From Squalus acanthias (lineage: Eukaryota): a DNA stretch of 64,000 nt. The notes under the pieces are model-generated. The model had not been told where the DNA came from, did no database searches, and worked only from the letters and a program-made list of their open reading frames with translations. The stretch is from positions 3,040,001-3,104,000 of the forward strand of contig JASTWF010000033.1 of the NCBI GenBank assembly GCA_030390025.1, read 5' to 3'. How positions within the stretch are numbered: the stretch's first letter is position 1; the number at the start of each line of letters is the position of its first letter. Below are positions 1-12,535 of this stretch, one piece after another. The translations under genes and the position numbers were made by a program.

Positions 1-449
1 TAAGAAATGTTAAATTAAAGAATGTGCCGTAAGAAGTAAATTCGTAAATAGAGAATGGTTTCGCTGACAGTGCGATGAGTAATGTCTGTGGTCAACATTG
101 AGGCCCACCAATGAGGCCACCAAGGCAATAATAGTACAACGATTACACAATCACCGCATGACCGGCTAGTCCGAATGGACAGATGTGAGGCAAACCGCTA
201 TGCTTGCAGTTTCGGTAGGGAAGTAACATTTGAACCTAACGTACATACTATAATTAGAAATCCGTTGCTAAGGCTATGTGATTGGATGAATAATGTATAA
301 AAGGAATCTCATACCAGTGTAATTTCGAGAAGAAGCAAGTTACTAGACTGCGGAGTTCATGGCTTCTTCTCCCAAAGATCTCTGAATATTAATAAATTGT
401 TTGCTTCAACCTATCACACAGACTGGAGTGATGTAATTTCTCCACAACA
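1..449 (+). mobile_element. 3' part of a retroviral-type LTR (solo or 3' LTR), truncated by the window start; unrelated to the foamy LTRs
   Basis: Reverse CCAAT (ATTGG 281-285), TATAAAA (296-302) and AATAAA (391-396) in LTR order; ends ...TTTCTCCACAACA at 449; no PBS follows. Confidence 0.55.
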
Positions 450-458
450 ACGCGGAAA

Positions 459-938
459 TGGTGGCATATTGATTATGTTACTCTATTAGTAATCCAGAGG
501 CCTGGACTAATAATCTGGAGACATAAGTCCAAATTTCTCCCCGGAAGCTGGGAGTTTCAATTCAGTTAATTAAATACATCGGGAATATAAAAGCGAGTAT
601 CAGTAATGGTCACTGTGAACTAGCGGATTGTCGTAAAAAAACTTCTGCTACATAATGTCCTTCAGTCAAGGAAATCTGCCGTTCTTACCTGGTCTGCCCT
701 ATATGTGACTCCAGACACACGTAAATGTGATTGACTCTTAACTGCCCCCTGAAGTGGCCTATCAAACCATTTACTTTTACCAAATCACTATGACAAAGTC
801 AGCACTGTGGGAATACCTTCACCAAATGTACTCCAGCGGTTCAAAAGGCAGCTCACTACCACCTACACAAGGGGAATTAGGGTTTGGCAATAAATGCCGG
901 CCTTGCCAGCGACGCCCACATCCCGTGAATGAATAAAA
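459..938 (+). mobile_element. tRNA-derived shark SINE with LINE-derived 3' tail
   Basis: Degenerate tRNA-like head (GGTGGCATA...CTATTAGTAATCCAGAGGCC); tail GGCAATAAATGCCGGCCTTGCCAGCGACGCCCACATCCCGTGAATGAATAAAA matches the 3' end of the LINE at 39336-40724. Confidence 0.75.
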
Positions 939-944
939 TCCGAA

Positions 945-1126
945 AAAACAGGTTATCTGGTCATTATCTCATTGCTGTTTGTGGGAGCTTGCCGTGTGCA
1001 GATTTACTGCTGCATTTACTACATTACAACAGTGACTACACTTCAAAAGTAGTTGATTGGCTGAAAAGCGATTTGGAACGTCCGGAGGTCGTGACAGGCC
1101 CTCTTTAAATGAAAGTATTTCTTTCT
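945..1126 (+). mobile_element. DeuSINE (SacSINE1-like) 3' fragment with L2-type tail
   Basis: GGTCATTATCTCATTGCTGTTTGTGGGAGCTTGCCGTGTGC...CATTACAACAGTGACTACACTTCAAAAGTA, the typical Deu-domain plus L2 tail; homologous to 54415-54540 and 58530-58960. Confidence 0.65.
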
Positions 1127-1130
1127 ATCC

Positions 1131-3810
1131 GAACGAGGCCGTTCGGCCCCTGGAGTCTACGTCTACTCTTTCGAAGGAGACATCCAGTTATTCCCACTCC
1201 CTCACTCTTTCCCCATATCCCTGCAATTATTCTCCTTCAAGCAATTATCCAATTCCCTTTTGAAGGCTACTATTGAATCTGTACCCACCACCCTATCAGG
1301 CCGTGAATTCAAAATCCTAACCACTCGCTGTGTGAAAATGTTTTAGCTCATGTCGCCTCTGGTTCTTCTGCCAATCACCTTAAATCTGTGCCCTGTGGTT
1401 ATTGAAACTTCAGACATTGGAGTCAGATTCTCTTTATTTACTCTGTCTAAATCATTCATGATTTTAAACATCTCCATCAAATCTCTTCTTAGTACTCTCT
1501 GCTCTAAGGAGATTAAACCCAGCTTCTTCAATCTATCTACGTAATTCCAATCCATCACCCCTCGAACCGTTATGGTAAATCTCTTCTGTACCTTCTCCAA
1601 AGCCTTCACGTCATTTTTAAATTGCGGTGACCAGACCAGGACACAATACTCCAGCTGGGGCCGAACTAGATTTTTTTTATAGATTTAGCATAACTTCCTG
1701 GCTTTTGTACTCTGTGCCTCTATTTATAAAGCCCAGGATCCTGTCTGCTTTATTCACTGCTTTCTTAACCTTTACTGCCATATTCAACAACCTGTGCACA
1801 AACACCCCCAGGTCTCTCTTTTCTTGCACGCAATTTATAATTGTAATATTTAGCTTGTACTGTCTCTCCTCATTCTTCCTACCAAAATGTATCATCTCAC
1901 ACCTGTTTGCTTTGAATTAAATCTGCCACGTGTCCGGCCATCCCACTAGCCTGTCTCTTTCGTCTTAAAGTCTATTACACGCTCCCTCAGTGGTTACTCC
2001 ACTTCAAAGTTTCGTGTCATCAGCAAATTTCGAAAATGTGTCCTTACTCTCCCAAGTCCTATCATTAATGTTTATCAAACAGCAGTGGTCTTAGTACGGA
2101 ACCCCGGGGACCACCACTGTTTACCTCCCTCCAGTCCGAAATGCAGCGTCTCATCACAACTCTCTGTTTCTATCAGAAGCCAATTTTATATCCATGCTGC
2201 TGCTGCCCCTTTTATCTCATGGGCTTCAATTTTGCTAACAAGCCTAGTATATGGCACTTTATCAAACGCCATTTGAAAGTCCATATACACAACACCATCT
2301 GCACTGCCCTCAACCGCCCTCAGTGTTAACTCAACAAAAACTCAATCACGTTTGGCAAACGTAGTTTTCCCTTAACAAATCCGCGCTGGCTCACCTTTAT
2401 TACTCCAGACTTTTCCAATGGCTGTTAACTTTCGCCCGGAATATTGTTTCTAAAAGTTTCCCCACCACCGACATTAAACTGACTGGTGTGTAATCGCAAG
2501 TTTTTTCTTTCGACCCTTTTTTGAACAATGGTGTAAAGTTCGCAATCCTGCAGTCCTCAGCACCACCCCTATACACAAGGAGGCTTGTAAAATTGTGGCC
2601 GGCACCTCCGCAATTTCTACCCTTACTTCCCTCAGCATCCGAGGTTGTATCTCATCCGGACCGGGTGATGATCCACTTTAATTACCACCAGCCTTACTAG
2701 TACCTCCTCGTTATCTATTTTTTATCTCATCCAGTATCCCATCAACCTCCTCGTTTACCATAGCTTTGTCAAAGGCCTCTTACTTGGTAAACACCGACAC
2801 AAAGTACTCATTTACTACCTCAGCCATGCATTCTGCCTTCAACAATAGTTCTCCATTTTGGGCCATGTGCGGCCCCACCGCTCCTCTGACAATCCTTTTA
2901 CTGTTAATGTGCCTATAGGAGACCTTTGGATGCCTCTTTATGTTAGCGGCTAATCCATTCTCGTACTGTCTCTTTACCCCTCTTATTTCCATTTTCAATT
3001 CTCCTCTTTACTTTTTATATTCAACCTGATTCTCCCTTGTATTATCAAGCTGACATCTGTCATTCGCCGCCTTTTTCTGCTTCATCCTACTCTCCAACTC
3101 CTTCACCATCCCGGGAGCTCTGCCTTTGGTTGCCCTCCATTTCCACCATGTAGGAAGTACCTGGACTGCACCGAACCATCTGCTTTTTAAAGGCCTGCCA
3201 TTGCTCCATTACATTTTGCCTTCTTGTCTTTGACTCCAATTTACCCGGGCCAGATCCTCCTCAATTCGCTAAAATTAGCAAACTTTCCGCTATACAGTTT
3301 ATATTCTAGATTGCTCCAAGTCCTTCTCCATAACTAATCTAAACCGTGCAATATTCCCGAGATGCACACCCACTGCGACATTCTACACTTGACCCACTTC
3401 ATTCCCCAGGGCTAAATCCAACAATGCCTCCGTCCTCGTTGTGCAGGGAACATACTGATAAAGAAAATTCTCCCGAACTCTCTTCAGAAATTCCTCCCCC
3501 TCCCTGCCCTTAACATAATTAGTATCCCAGTCTCTATTAGTGTTGCATTATCACTATTCTATTGTTCTTGCACCGCTCAGTAATTTCTTTGCAATTCTGC
3601 TCCTCTGTCACCAAATCCCAGTTTGGCCCCTAAATACAGCAGGCAGCGTAATAGGTCCTCTACTGTTTCTCAACTCCAAACAAATAGATTCTGTATATGA
3701 CACCTCAAGGACATTCTCTCTTTCTGGAACTGGAATATTTCCCTTAATCTAAACTGCTACCCCTCTTCATTTTCCCCTTACCTCTCTTTCCTTAATACCT
3801 TGTACCCAGT
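1131..3810 (-). mobile_element. Degenerate CR1 LINE (ORF2 EN-RT remnants and 3' tail)
   Basis: Fragmented ORFs IHFGRKNEERQYKL...RDLGV and KALEKVQKRFT; GGGCCGAACGGCCT-type 3' stem-loop at about 1131. Confidence 0.85.
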
Positions 3811-4194
3811 CTAATTAGAAACTTAAAATAAACTACTTAGATACAAGGTGATATATAGAATTACTGTTAACTCTGTCTAAACTACACTGCAATTTTTATA
3901 TTCGATCCTCAAACTAAACTTGCAAACTCTAAATTATTTACCCAAGCTTAACAGGAGCCGTCGAGTTACAAAATACAAAGAACCTAAATATTGGATATTT
4001 AATTTAGAATAATTGGCTGCACTCCTTCATTTTAGCTGGATGTGAGAATCCACCATCCTCCTCTCCACTGAAATGTTACCATCAACTCTTTCCCAACTTA
4101 CACTCTGCTTGCCAACCACACCGATTGTGTTTTACCCAGCTCTGTTTCCCTGATTCTGATTATATTTAATGTCAATGCCGTCTCTCCGTGGAGC

Positions 4195-5425
4195 GATCCA
4201 GTCAGTCGCATTTCTCCGCTCTATCCACGTAGCTCTTCAAAACATTGAGTGTCTCCTCTTCCACCATTTCCATCGGCAGCGAGTAAATGGTCCTCACCAC
4301 TCGCTGCTTGAAAAAGTTTTTCCTCATATCCCCCATGTATCTCCTGCCCAAAACCGTAAATCTCTGTCCCCTAGTCCTCAACTAGTGAGAACAGCCTTTC
4401 GCCGTCTAGCCTATCCAAACACGTCATAATCTTGTACACCTCTATCAAACAAGGACCCCTCAACCTCCTTTGCTCTAATTAAAACATATCCAACTTTTCC
4501 AAACTGTCTTTGTCGCTAAGATCACCCATCCCCGGAACCATACTGGTAAAATTCCGCTACGCCCTCTCAAGGGCCTTCACATCCTTCCTAAACATTTGCG
4601 ACCAGAACTGGACGCAATACTCCATTTGTGGCGTAACCAGCGCTTAAATAGGTTCAGCATAACTTCTCTACTTTTGCACTCAATACCTATATTTATGAAG
4701 CACAAGCTCCCATATGCTTTGCTAACCACTCTCTCAATAAGTTCTGCACATTAACTCCCAGGTCCCTCTGCGCCTGCACATTCTTTACTACTGTGCCATT
4801 AAGTGTATCTTTCCTCTCCCTGTTCCTTCTGCCAGAAAGCATCAGCTCACACTTCTCTGTATTAAATTCCATCTGCCACGTGTCTCCCCATTCTGTTAGA
4901 TTTTCTGTGTCCTGCTGCATTCGATCGGTATCATCCTCACTGTTTGCCATATTCCCAAATTTGGTGTCATCGGCAAAATTTAGAAATTCTACTCACTATT
5001 ACAATATCCAGTTCATTTATATATATCACAGAAAGCAGTGGTCCCAGCACTGACACTTTGGTAACACCACTGTCTACCATGCTCCAAACTGGCAAACAGC
5101 CATTTACTACAACTCGCTGTTTTCTGTCCTTAAGCCAATTCCTTAAAAAAGCTGCCACTGACCCACCTATTCCAGGAGCCTCAATTTTGTTAACCAGCCT
5201 TATCTTTGGTTCTTTGTCAAACGCCTTCCTAAAATCCATGTAGACAACATCCATTGCATTCCCTTCATCAATCCCCCCTTTTACTTCGTCAACAGATTTT
5301 GTTAGATTAGTCAAACACGAACTGCCTTTTACAAATCCATGTTAGCTTAAACCTCTCCAAGAGCCCGTTCATTTTTTGCATGATAATTTTTTCTAAACTT
5401 TAACCACCACTGAAGGTAAACTAAA
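4195..5425 (-). mobile_element. 5'-truncated CR1 LINE fragment (RT C-terminal half)
   Basis: DVVYMDFRKAFDK, RKQRVVVNG, WQMEFNTEKCE and QRDLGV motifs. Confidence 0.85.
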
Positions 5426-5516
5426 TTCAAATCATTTGGTTCAATTTTTTTTTACTTTTACCTTGTGTTTTTCTGTCCTTTGCCCTATTGCCAAGTACTA
5501 AACTCACTCACAGTGC

Positions 5517-5807
5517 TCGCTGCCAACTCCAGCTCCTGCCCATGGTAACTACAACTGATGAATTGTAACCAGGGGCTAAAACCTGTCTCCAGGTGACATC
5601 ACAAAGGAGCCAGGAGCCAACCACACAGCATTCAGTGCAGGCCCCGCCCACTAGCGGTGTGACAGGGTGAACTGGCCAGGCTCTGCTCCTGGTGCAATCT
5701 CACTGGACTTGAGCACAGTTTGCAGGATCTGTCCATTCGTGTTGTGGCCCTGTCTCGGACCCTAGCTCCCGCCTAACGACGTCCTATGCAGGGTGCACAA
5801 CCTCCCA
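5517..5807. repeat. About 290-bp direct repeat, copy 1 (copy 2 at 7328-7610)
   Basis: CGCTGCCAACTCCAGC...ACAAAGGAGCCAGGAGCCAA...GCACAGTTTGCAGGATCTG...CTCCCGCCTAACGACG shared by both copies. Confidence 0.85.
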
Positions 5808-6499
5808 TCATTAATCTTCACGAATCCTGTTTGCCGACCTCGTAATTTGAAGTCTCAGTATCCAATACCCGTCCCACCACTCTTCCATCTCTTCCTTCAT
5901 CCAACCGAAGACGTGGCAAGATGATTGCAGCAGGATGCGATAAAGAGATGTTCTGCTGTTGATGGAGGAAAAGCTCCCAAGGGCAATGTTGAAGCCTTTT
6001 GATATGTGAGCAAGATGGACGTTGGCTATTGTCACTGAGCATGTCCTTCCTCTTTCGCATCACTCTGTGGTCTCTGGTACAGTCCTGCAAATGCCTTGTC
6101 AGGAAATGCAGGACATCTGAATGACGGATCTGGTCATCAAAGAGGAGCTGAAATAAAAGGAATTGAAGAAGACAAAGGTGAAACATTTCTTAAGTTTAAC
6201 TTCACACACCGCAATATTCCAGCAGCAACCACACGAACAACATAAAGTGCAGCGAGAGCTGATCTCTAGCGATTGCTTGTGGAGCCACAGATTTAGTGTT
6301 GCATATTCCCAGGGTCAGCAAAAGTGGTTGGGATGTTTCGGTCTCTTGAGCTGATCTATGTGAGTATGTGGAATGTACCTGATTTCAGGCCAGTGCTGGG
6401 TACATGAACTGATTGGTCAATGAAGGTTTCAGTCAGTCTCACAGGCAAATTCAAACCAAGAATTAAACTACTTACCCCAAAGAAGAAACTGCATTATTT

Positions 6500-6980
6500 G
6501 TCATTCATCTTTGGGAGAGGTGGCAAAACGTTTAATAACTTTTTCTGAGACGTTTGTCCCGTATAGTTTTCCATTGAATTTTTGTCCCCATGCCAGGTCA
6601 GCATCTCTAGAACAGAAAGGACAGAATAGTGATGGGTCCACCATCCTCCGGGGATGTAATGAACCAGCCTGATTTGGTGCAGAATTCAACACAAAACGCC
6701 ACACATCTTTGTGACAATGTCTAAAACTCGAATGTAGCTGGTAAAAATAAATGGAGGTGGAATAATGTTGGAATGCAAAATGTTTGCAACTAAAACGGAG
6801 TGGAACCTATTCCACTCTAAAGTGTGAGTGTCTGGTTTCAGTGTGTCAGGAAATGTGAAAGGTGAGACTTCTTTGACTTTACAGCTACTGACACCATACT
6901 CGGGGCTGAAGGATTCGGAATGTTGTTTAGACAGCACCAAAAATCTCATGAATTCATGTAAAGAGAGAATTTCCACTTAT
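6500..6980 (-). pseudogene. Possible L1/Tx1-clade LINE ORF2 C-terminal zinc-binding (zf-RVT-like) remnant
   Basis: Translation HKDVWRFVLNSAPNQAGSLHPRRMVDPSLFCPFC resembles the zf-RVT pattern K.F.WR...N.LP...L..R....DP.CP.C; heavily decayed. Confidence 0.35.
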
Positions 6981-7327
6981 CTTTTTACGGCTCCTTTTCT
7001 TATTTCCAATCCCTCTCAGAAATCCCGATCATAGAGAAGCAGCTACAAAGGCAATTGACACAATTACCTGGGAGGCACCATTATGCCCCTGTCCCTTACC
7101 TCCCTCCCATCTCAATGTCTGTGCAAGTTCTGGGCACATAGGCTCCATTCCACTTCCCCAGGGGAAGCCTTGCGAATACCTAATGTGGAGGGACAGCATC
7201 ACGAGCTTACCACCCCTTTTTACCTGCCTTTGCCCAGCGGAAATAAGCATTCCCCAGACCAAAGAAGAGGATAATTGGGCTCTGACTCATGTCCACCGAT
7301 TCCTCCTCCTGTCCATATGTGATGTTC

Positions 7328-7610
7328 ACGCTGCCAACTCCAGCCCGCGGTGACTACAACTGACGAGTTCTAACCAGGGGCTAAAGCTTGACTCCAGATG
7401 GCATGACAAAGGAGCCAGGAGCCAATCACACAGCAGCCAGGGCAGGCCACGTCCACTGGCGCAGTGACAGGGTGACATGGTCAGGCTCTGCTCCTGGTGT
7501 AGTCTCACTGGACTGGAGCACAGTTTGCAGGATCTGCCCATTTGTGTTATGGCCCAGTCTCCGAACCCCGCTCCCGCCTAACGACGCCTCCAGCAGAGAG
7601 CACAGCCCCC
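7328..7610. repeat. About 290-bp direct repeat, copy 2
   Basis: Aligns by eye with 5517-5807. Confidence 0.85.
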
Positions 7611-8146
7611 AATATTTGATTTTAGGACTCTTGCATTCCAACCTCCTAAATTGAGGTCCGAGTATTCAATGTCCTTAACGACCCAATATCCCTAAAATGT
7701 TTTCATCTCCTTTGAAACTGGGAACTAAGCATTCCACAGACCCATAGAAGAGGAATATACAGACTTGTGTTACATCCAAACATTCCTCTTGCTGTCAAAG
7801 TATGATGTAAATCGGCAACTTTACTCCATTTACCCGCCTTGATTCTATAACCCTTGATACACTTGCCTAACAAAAATCTATCAATCAAAGTTTCGTAATG
7901 TTCAATAAAGTATCCTCAACAGCATTTTGGGGGAGCACAGCCTCTAATATTAGGTTTTATGACGCTGGTATCGCAACCTCCAAATGTGAGATCCCACTAT
8001 TCAATGTTCCCCACATCCCAATGTCTCCACATATTTTAACTCTCCTTTGCAACTGGGAACTAAGCATTCCACACTCACATGGAAGAGGAATATAGGGACT
8101 AGTTTCACATCCAAAGATTCCTCCTACTGTCATTAGGAGATGTAAA
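7597..8146. repeat. About 215-bp local duplication (7597-7811 and 7933-8146) separated by a minus-strand CR1 3' fragment
   Basis: GAGCACAGCC...TCTCCTTTG(A/C)AACTGGGAACTAAGCATTCCACA...GAAGAGGAATATA...ACATCCAAA present twice. Confidence 0.8.
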
Positions 8147-8443
8147 GCTGGGCATTGTCCGTGCTCCCCTCGTTGTAAATGCGATAGTTGTGAATTTGCC
8201 GCGTTATCCTTTACTATACATTAAGCATTATTTCTGTGTGATTTCTCAGGACATTATATAATACTTGAAATAAACCAAACATCAATACGAATAAAAACTG
8301 AGCGCAACGCTGAAAGTTTCACAGGAAATAATCAAAAGGAAGAGGGGTGAATTAAAGAAAGAATAAACTAAATTAAATTTGGAAAATTCTGGAAAGACTG
8401 AGCAGGTCCTGCAGCAACTGTGGAGAAGGGAAGCTCGGGTTAA

Positions 8444-11400
8444 TGGTACAAACGGGACGGTCTGCACCTGGGCAGGGCAGGGACCGATGTCCTAGGGGGA
8501 GTATTTGCTAGTGCTGTTGGGGAGGGTTTAAACTAAAGTGGCAGGGGGTTCGGAACCTGAGCAGGGAGACAGAGGAAAGGGAACAAAGGATAAAAGCTAA
8601 AGACAGGAAGGAGAAAAACAAAAGTAGAAGGCAAAGAACTCAACGGTTTAAATCAAACATGGTCACAGTAAATAATAATTCATATAGGTCTACGAGCGTT
8701 AAAAAACAAGCCTGAAGGCTTTGTGTCTTAATGCAAGGAGCATTCGGAACAAGGTGGATGAATTATCTGCGCAAATAGAGGTCAATGAATACGATTTGAT
8801 TGGGATTACAGAAACATGGCTCCAGGGTGGCCAAGGCTGGGAACTCAACATCCCGGGTTATTCAATATTTAGGAACGATAGGCAAAAAAGAAAGGGAGGT
8901 GGGGTAGCATCGCTGGTTAAAGAGGGGATTAACACAATTGAAAGGATGGATATTAGCTGTGATGATGCGGAATCTGTATGGGCAGAACAGAGAAATAACA
9001 AGGGGCAGAAAACGTTAGTGGGAGTGGTATATAGACCTCCAAACAGTAATTCTGAGGTTGGGGACGGCATTAAAAGGGAAATTAGAGAAGCATGCAGTAA
9101 GGGCACAGCAGTCATCATGGGTGACTTTCATTTACATATAGATTGGGCTAACCAAATTAGTAAAAATACTGTGGAGGAGGAATTCCTAGAATGTTTACGA
9201 GATGGTTTTCTGGAACAATATGTCGAAGAACCAACGAGAGATCAGGCCATCTTAGACTGGGTATTATGTAACGAGAAAGGATTAATTAGCAATCTTGTTG
9301 TATGAGGCCCCTTGGGTCAGAGTGATCATAACATGATAGAATTCTTCATTAGGATGGAGAGTGAAGTAGTTGAATCAGAGACTAGGGTGCTGAATTTAAA
9401 TAAAGGAAACTACGATGGTATGAGGTGCGAATTGGGTAGGGTTGATTGGGGAATGACACTTAAGGGGTTGACGGTGGATAGGCAATGGCAAACATTCAAA
9501 GACTGCATGGATGAACTACAGAATTTGTTCATCCCAGTGTCGCATAAGAATAAAACAAAAAGGGTGACTCAACCGTGTCTAACAAGGGAAATTAGGGATA
9601 GAATAAGATCCAAGGAGAGGGCAGATAAATTGGCCAGAAAAAGCGGTAGCCCTGAGGATTGGGTGCAGTTTAGGATTCAACAAAGGAAGACAAAGGGATT
9701 AATTAAGAAGGGGAAAATAGAATATGAAAGTAAGCTTGCTGGGAACATATAAACTGACTGTAAGAGCTTTTATAGATATGTGAAGAGAAAAAGATTAATG
9801 AAATCATGTGTAGGTCCCTTGCAGTCAGAAACGGGGAAGTTATAATGGGGAACAAAGAAATGGCAGGCCAATTAAATGCATATTTTGGTTCTGTCTTCAC
9901 AAAGGAGGACACAAATAACCTCCCAGAGATGTTGGGGAACATACGGTCTGATGAAAGGGAGGAACTGAAAGAAATCAGTAATTGCAGTGAAATGGTGTTA
10001 GGGAAATTGACGGGATTGAAGGCCGATAAATCCCCAGGACCTGATAATCTACATCCTAGGGTACTTAAGGAAGTGGCCCTAGAAATAGTAGATGCATTGC
10101 TGATCATCTTCCAACATTCGATGGAATCTGGAACTGTACCCATGGATTGGAGGGTAGCTAATGTTACCCCACTATTCAAAAAGGGTGGTAGAGCGAAAGC
10201 GGGGAATTACAGACCGGTAAGCATGACAACGGTATTGGGGAAAATGCTAGAGTCCATTTTAAAGGATGTAATAGCTGAGCACTTGAAAAACAGTGACAGG
10301 ATCGGACAAAGTCAACATGGATTTACAAAAGTTAAATCGTGCTTGACTAATCTACTGGAATTTTTTGAGGATGTAACTGGGAAAATAGATAAACGAAAAC
10401 CAGTAGATGTGGTGTATTTGGACTTTCAAAAGGCTTTCGATAAGGTCCCGCATAAGAAATTAGCATGTAAAGTTAAGTCACATGGGATTGGGGGCAAGGT
10501 ATTGACTTGGATAGAGAACTGGTTGGCGGACAGAAAGCAGAGAGTAGGAAATAATGGGTCTTTTTCCGAGTGGCAAGCAGGGACTAGTGGGGTACCGCAG
10601 GGATCGGTCCTTGGACCCCAGCTATTCACAATATACATTAATGATCTAGATAAGGGAACTAAATGTAATATCTCCAAGTTTGCAGATGACACAAAGCTGG
10701 GTGGGATTGTGTGCTGCGAGGAGGATACCGAGAAACTCCAGGATGATTTGGACAGGTTGGGTGAGTGGGCAGAAGCGTGGCAGATGCAATATAACGTGGA
10801 TAAATGCGAGGTAATCCACTTTGGTGTCAAAAACAGAAAGGCAGACTATTATCTGAATGGCAATAGATTGGGAGAAGGGGAAGTGCAACGAGACCTTGGT
10901 TTCCTTGCGCACCAGTCGCTGAAAGTAAGCATGCAGGTGCAGCAGGCGGTGAAGAAGGCAAATGGTATGTTGGCCTTCATAGTGAAAGGGTTTGAATATA
11001 GAATCTAGGAGCAGGAGTAGGCCATTCGAGCCTGCTCCACCATTCAATACGATCATGGCTGATCATTCAAATCCAGTACCCTGTCCCTGCTTTAATCCCC
11101 ACAGTACACATATCCCACCCTACCCCCGTAACCCCACGTATTTAATTCCCCCTTACATATTCCATCCTATCCCCATAACCCCACATATTTAATCCCCCCC
11201 TAACACTAAGGGTCAGTTTATCATAGCCAAATCAACCTAACCCGCACATTTTTGGACTGTGGGAGGAAACCGGAGCACACCCACGCAGACACGGGGAGAA
11301 TGTGCAAACTCCACACAGACAGTCACCCGAGGTCAGATTCGAACCCGGGTTCCTGGCGCTGTGAGGCACCAGTGCTAACCACTATGCCACCGGGTTGGAA

Positions 11401-12013
11401 TAAAGGAACAGGGATGTCCTGCTGCAGTTGTACAGGGCCTTGGTGAGACCACACCTTGAGTACTGTTTGCAGTTTTGTTCGCCTTATCTGAGGAAGGATG
11501 TTCTTGCCATGGAAGGAGTTCAGCGAAGATTCACAAGGCTGATACCTGGGATGGCAGGAATGACATATGAGGAGAGATTGGGTCGATTGGGCTTATACTC
11601 GCTGGAGTATAGAAGAATGAGCGGGGATATCATCGAAACATATAACTTTCTGACAGGTCTGGACAAACTAGATGCGGGAAGAATGTTCCCGATGGTCGGA
11701 GAGTTCAGAACCAGGGGTCATAATCTAAGGATAGCGGATAAGCCATTTAGGACAGAAATGAGGAGTAATTCTTTCACCCAGAGAGTGGTGAACCTGTGGA
11801 ATTCTCTACAACAGAGTGTAGTTGAGGCCAAGTCATTAAATATATTCAAGAACGAGTTAGATATATTTCTTAAAGCTAAAGGTATCAAGGGATATGGGGA
11901 GAAGGCAGGCACAGGGTATTAAGTTTGGATGATCAGCCATGATCTCATCGAATGGCGGAGCAGGCTCGAGGGGCCGAATGGCCTACTCCTGCTCCTATCT
12001 TCTATGTTTCTAT
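8444..12013 (+). mobile_element. Near-complete CR1 LINE (end of ORF1, ORF2 APE+RT, 3' tail), disabled and interrupted by an antisense SINE
   Basis: APE motifs CLNARSIRNK, GITETWL, YRPP, GDF, SDHN; RT motifs DFQKAFDKVPH, GVPQGSVLGP, FADD; tail GGGCCGAATGGCCTACTCCTGCTCC...TTCTAT; stops and frameshifts at about 9305, 9752 and 11008. Confidence 0.95.
11003..11391 (-). mobile_element. HE1-type V-SINE head fused to a CR1 3' tail, inserted antisense into a CR1
   Basis: Minus strand GGTGGCATAGTGGTTAGCACTGGTGCCTCACAGCGCCAGG, V-domain TGTGTGGAGTTTGCACATTCTCCCCGTG, then CR1 tail GATCAGCCATGATCGTATTGAATGG...GGCCTACTCCTGCTCC; degenerate TSD GGGTT(T/G)GAATA at 10988 and 11392. Confidence 0.85.
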
Positions 12014-12268
12014 ATTCAGGTTTATGACACTTCTATAGACCGCAAATTTTAATCCTACCTTCCTCTCCACTGAAGTATTTGCAGTTTTTTTCACGCTTGC
12101 TTTTGTAAATTTCTATTCTGATTTGATATTTGCAGTATTTGTATTTGCATTTGTTTGTGGCCATCCAATGGGCAGTGCCTGCCCACTTCGGCTCCTTTGA
12201 TTGACAGCAATCTCTGCACTGGCGAGGGCAGCCCGAGGGGTTGCTGTGACTACAGGCTCCGGACAAAT

Positions 12269-12533
12269 ATTAATGGGCCGGGACCCCGGTAACTGGGGCC
12301 GCGACCCCTGTTAATGGGGCTGGAACCCCTGTTATTGGGGCCGCGACCCCGGTTAATGGGGCCGGTACCCCTGTTATTGGGGGCGCGACCCCGGTTAATG
12401 GGGCCGGGACCAGTGTTATTGGAGCCACGACCTCGGTTAATTGGGATGGGACCCCATTAATGGGGCGGCGACCCCAGTTTATATGGACCAAGACCCAGTT
12501 TAATGGGATCGCAACCCAGGTTAATTTGGCCGC
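12269..12533. repeat. 21-bp GC-rich minisatellite, about 12 copies
   Basis: Unit GTTAATGGGGCCGCGACCCC(G/T); gives TGVAAPI/TGVPAPL heptads in ORF 12270-12560. Confidence 0.9.
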
Positions 12534-12535
12534 TA

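Noticed and set aside
9703..11056. Recurrent antisense ORFs over CR1 ORF2 (similar ones at 21195-22477 and 41863-43824)
   Set aside because: Shadow ORFs produced by the conserved codon structure of CR1 RT.
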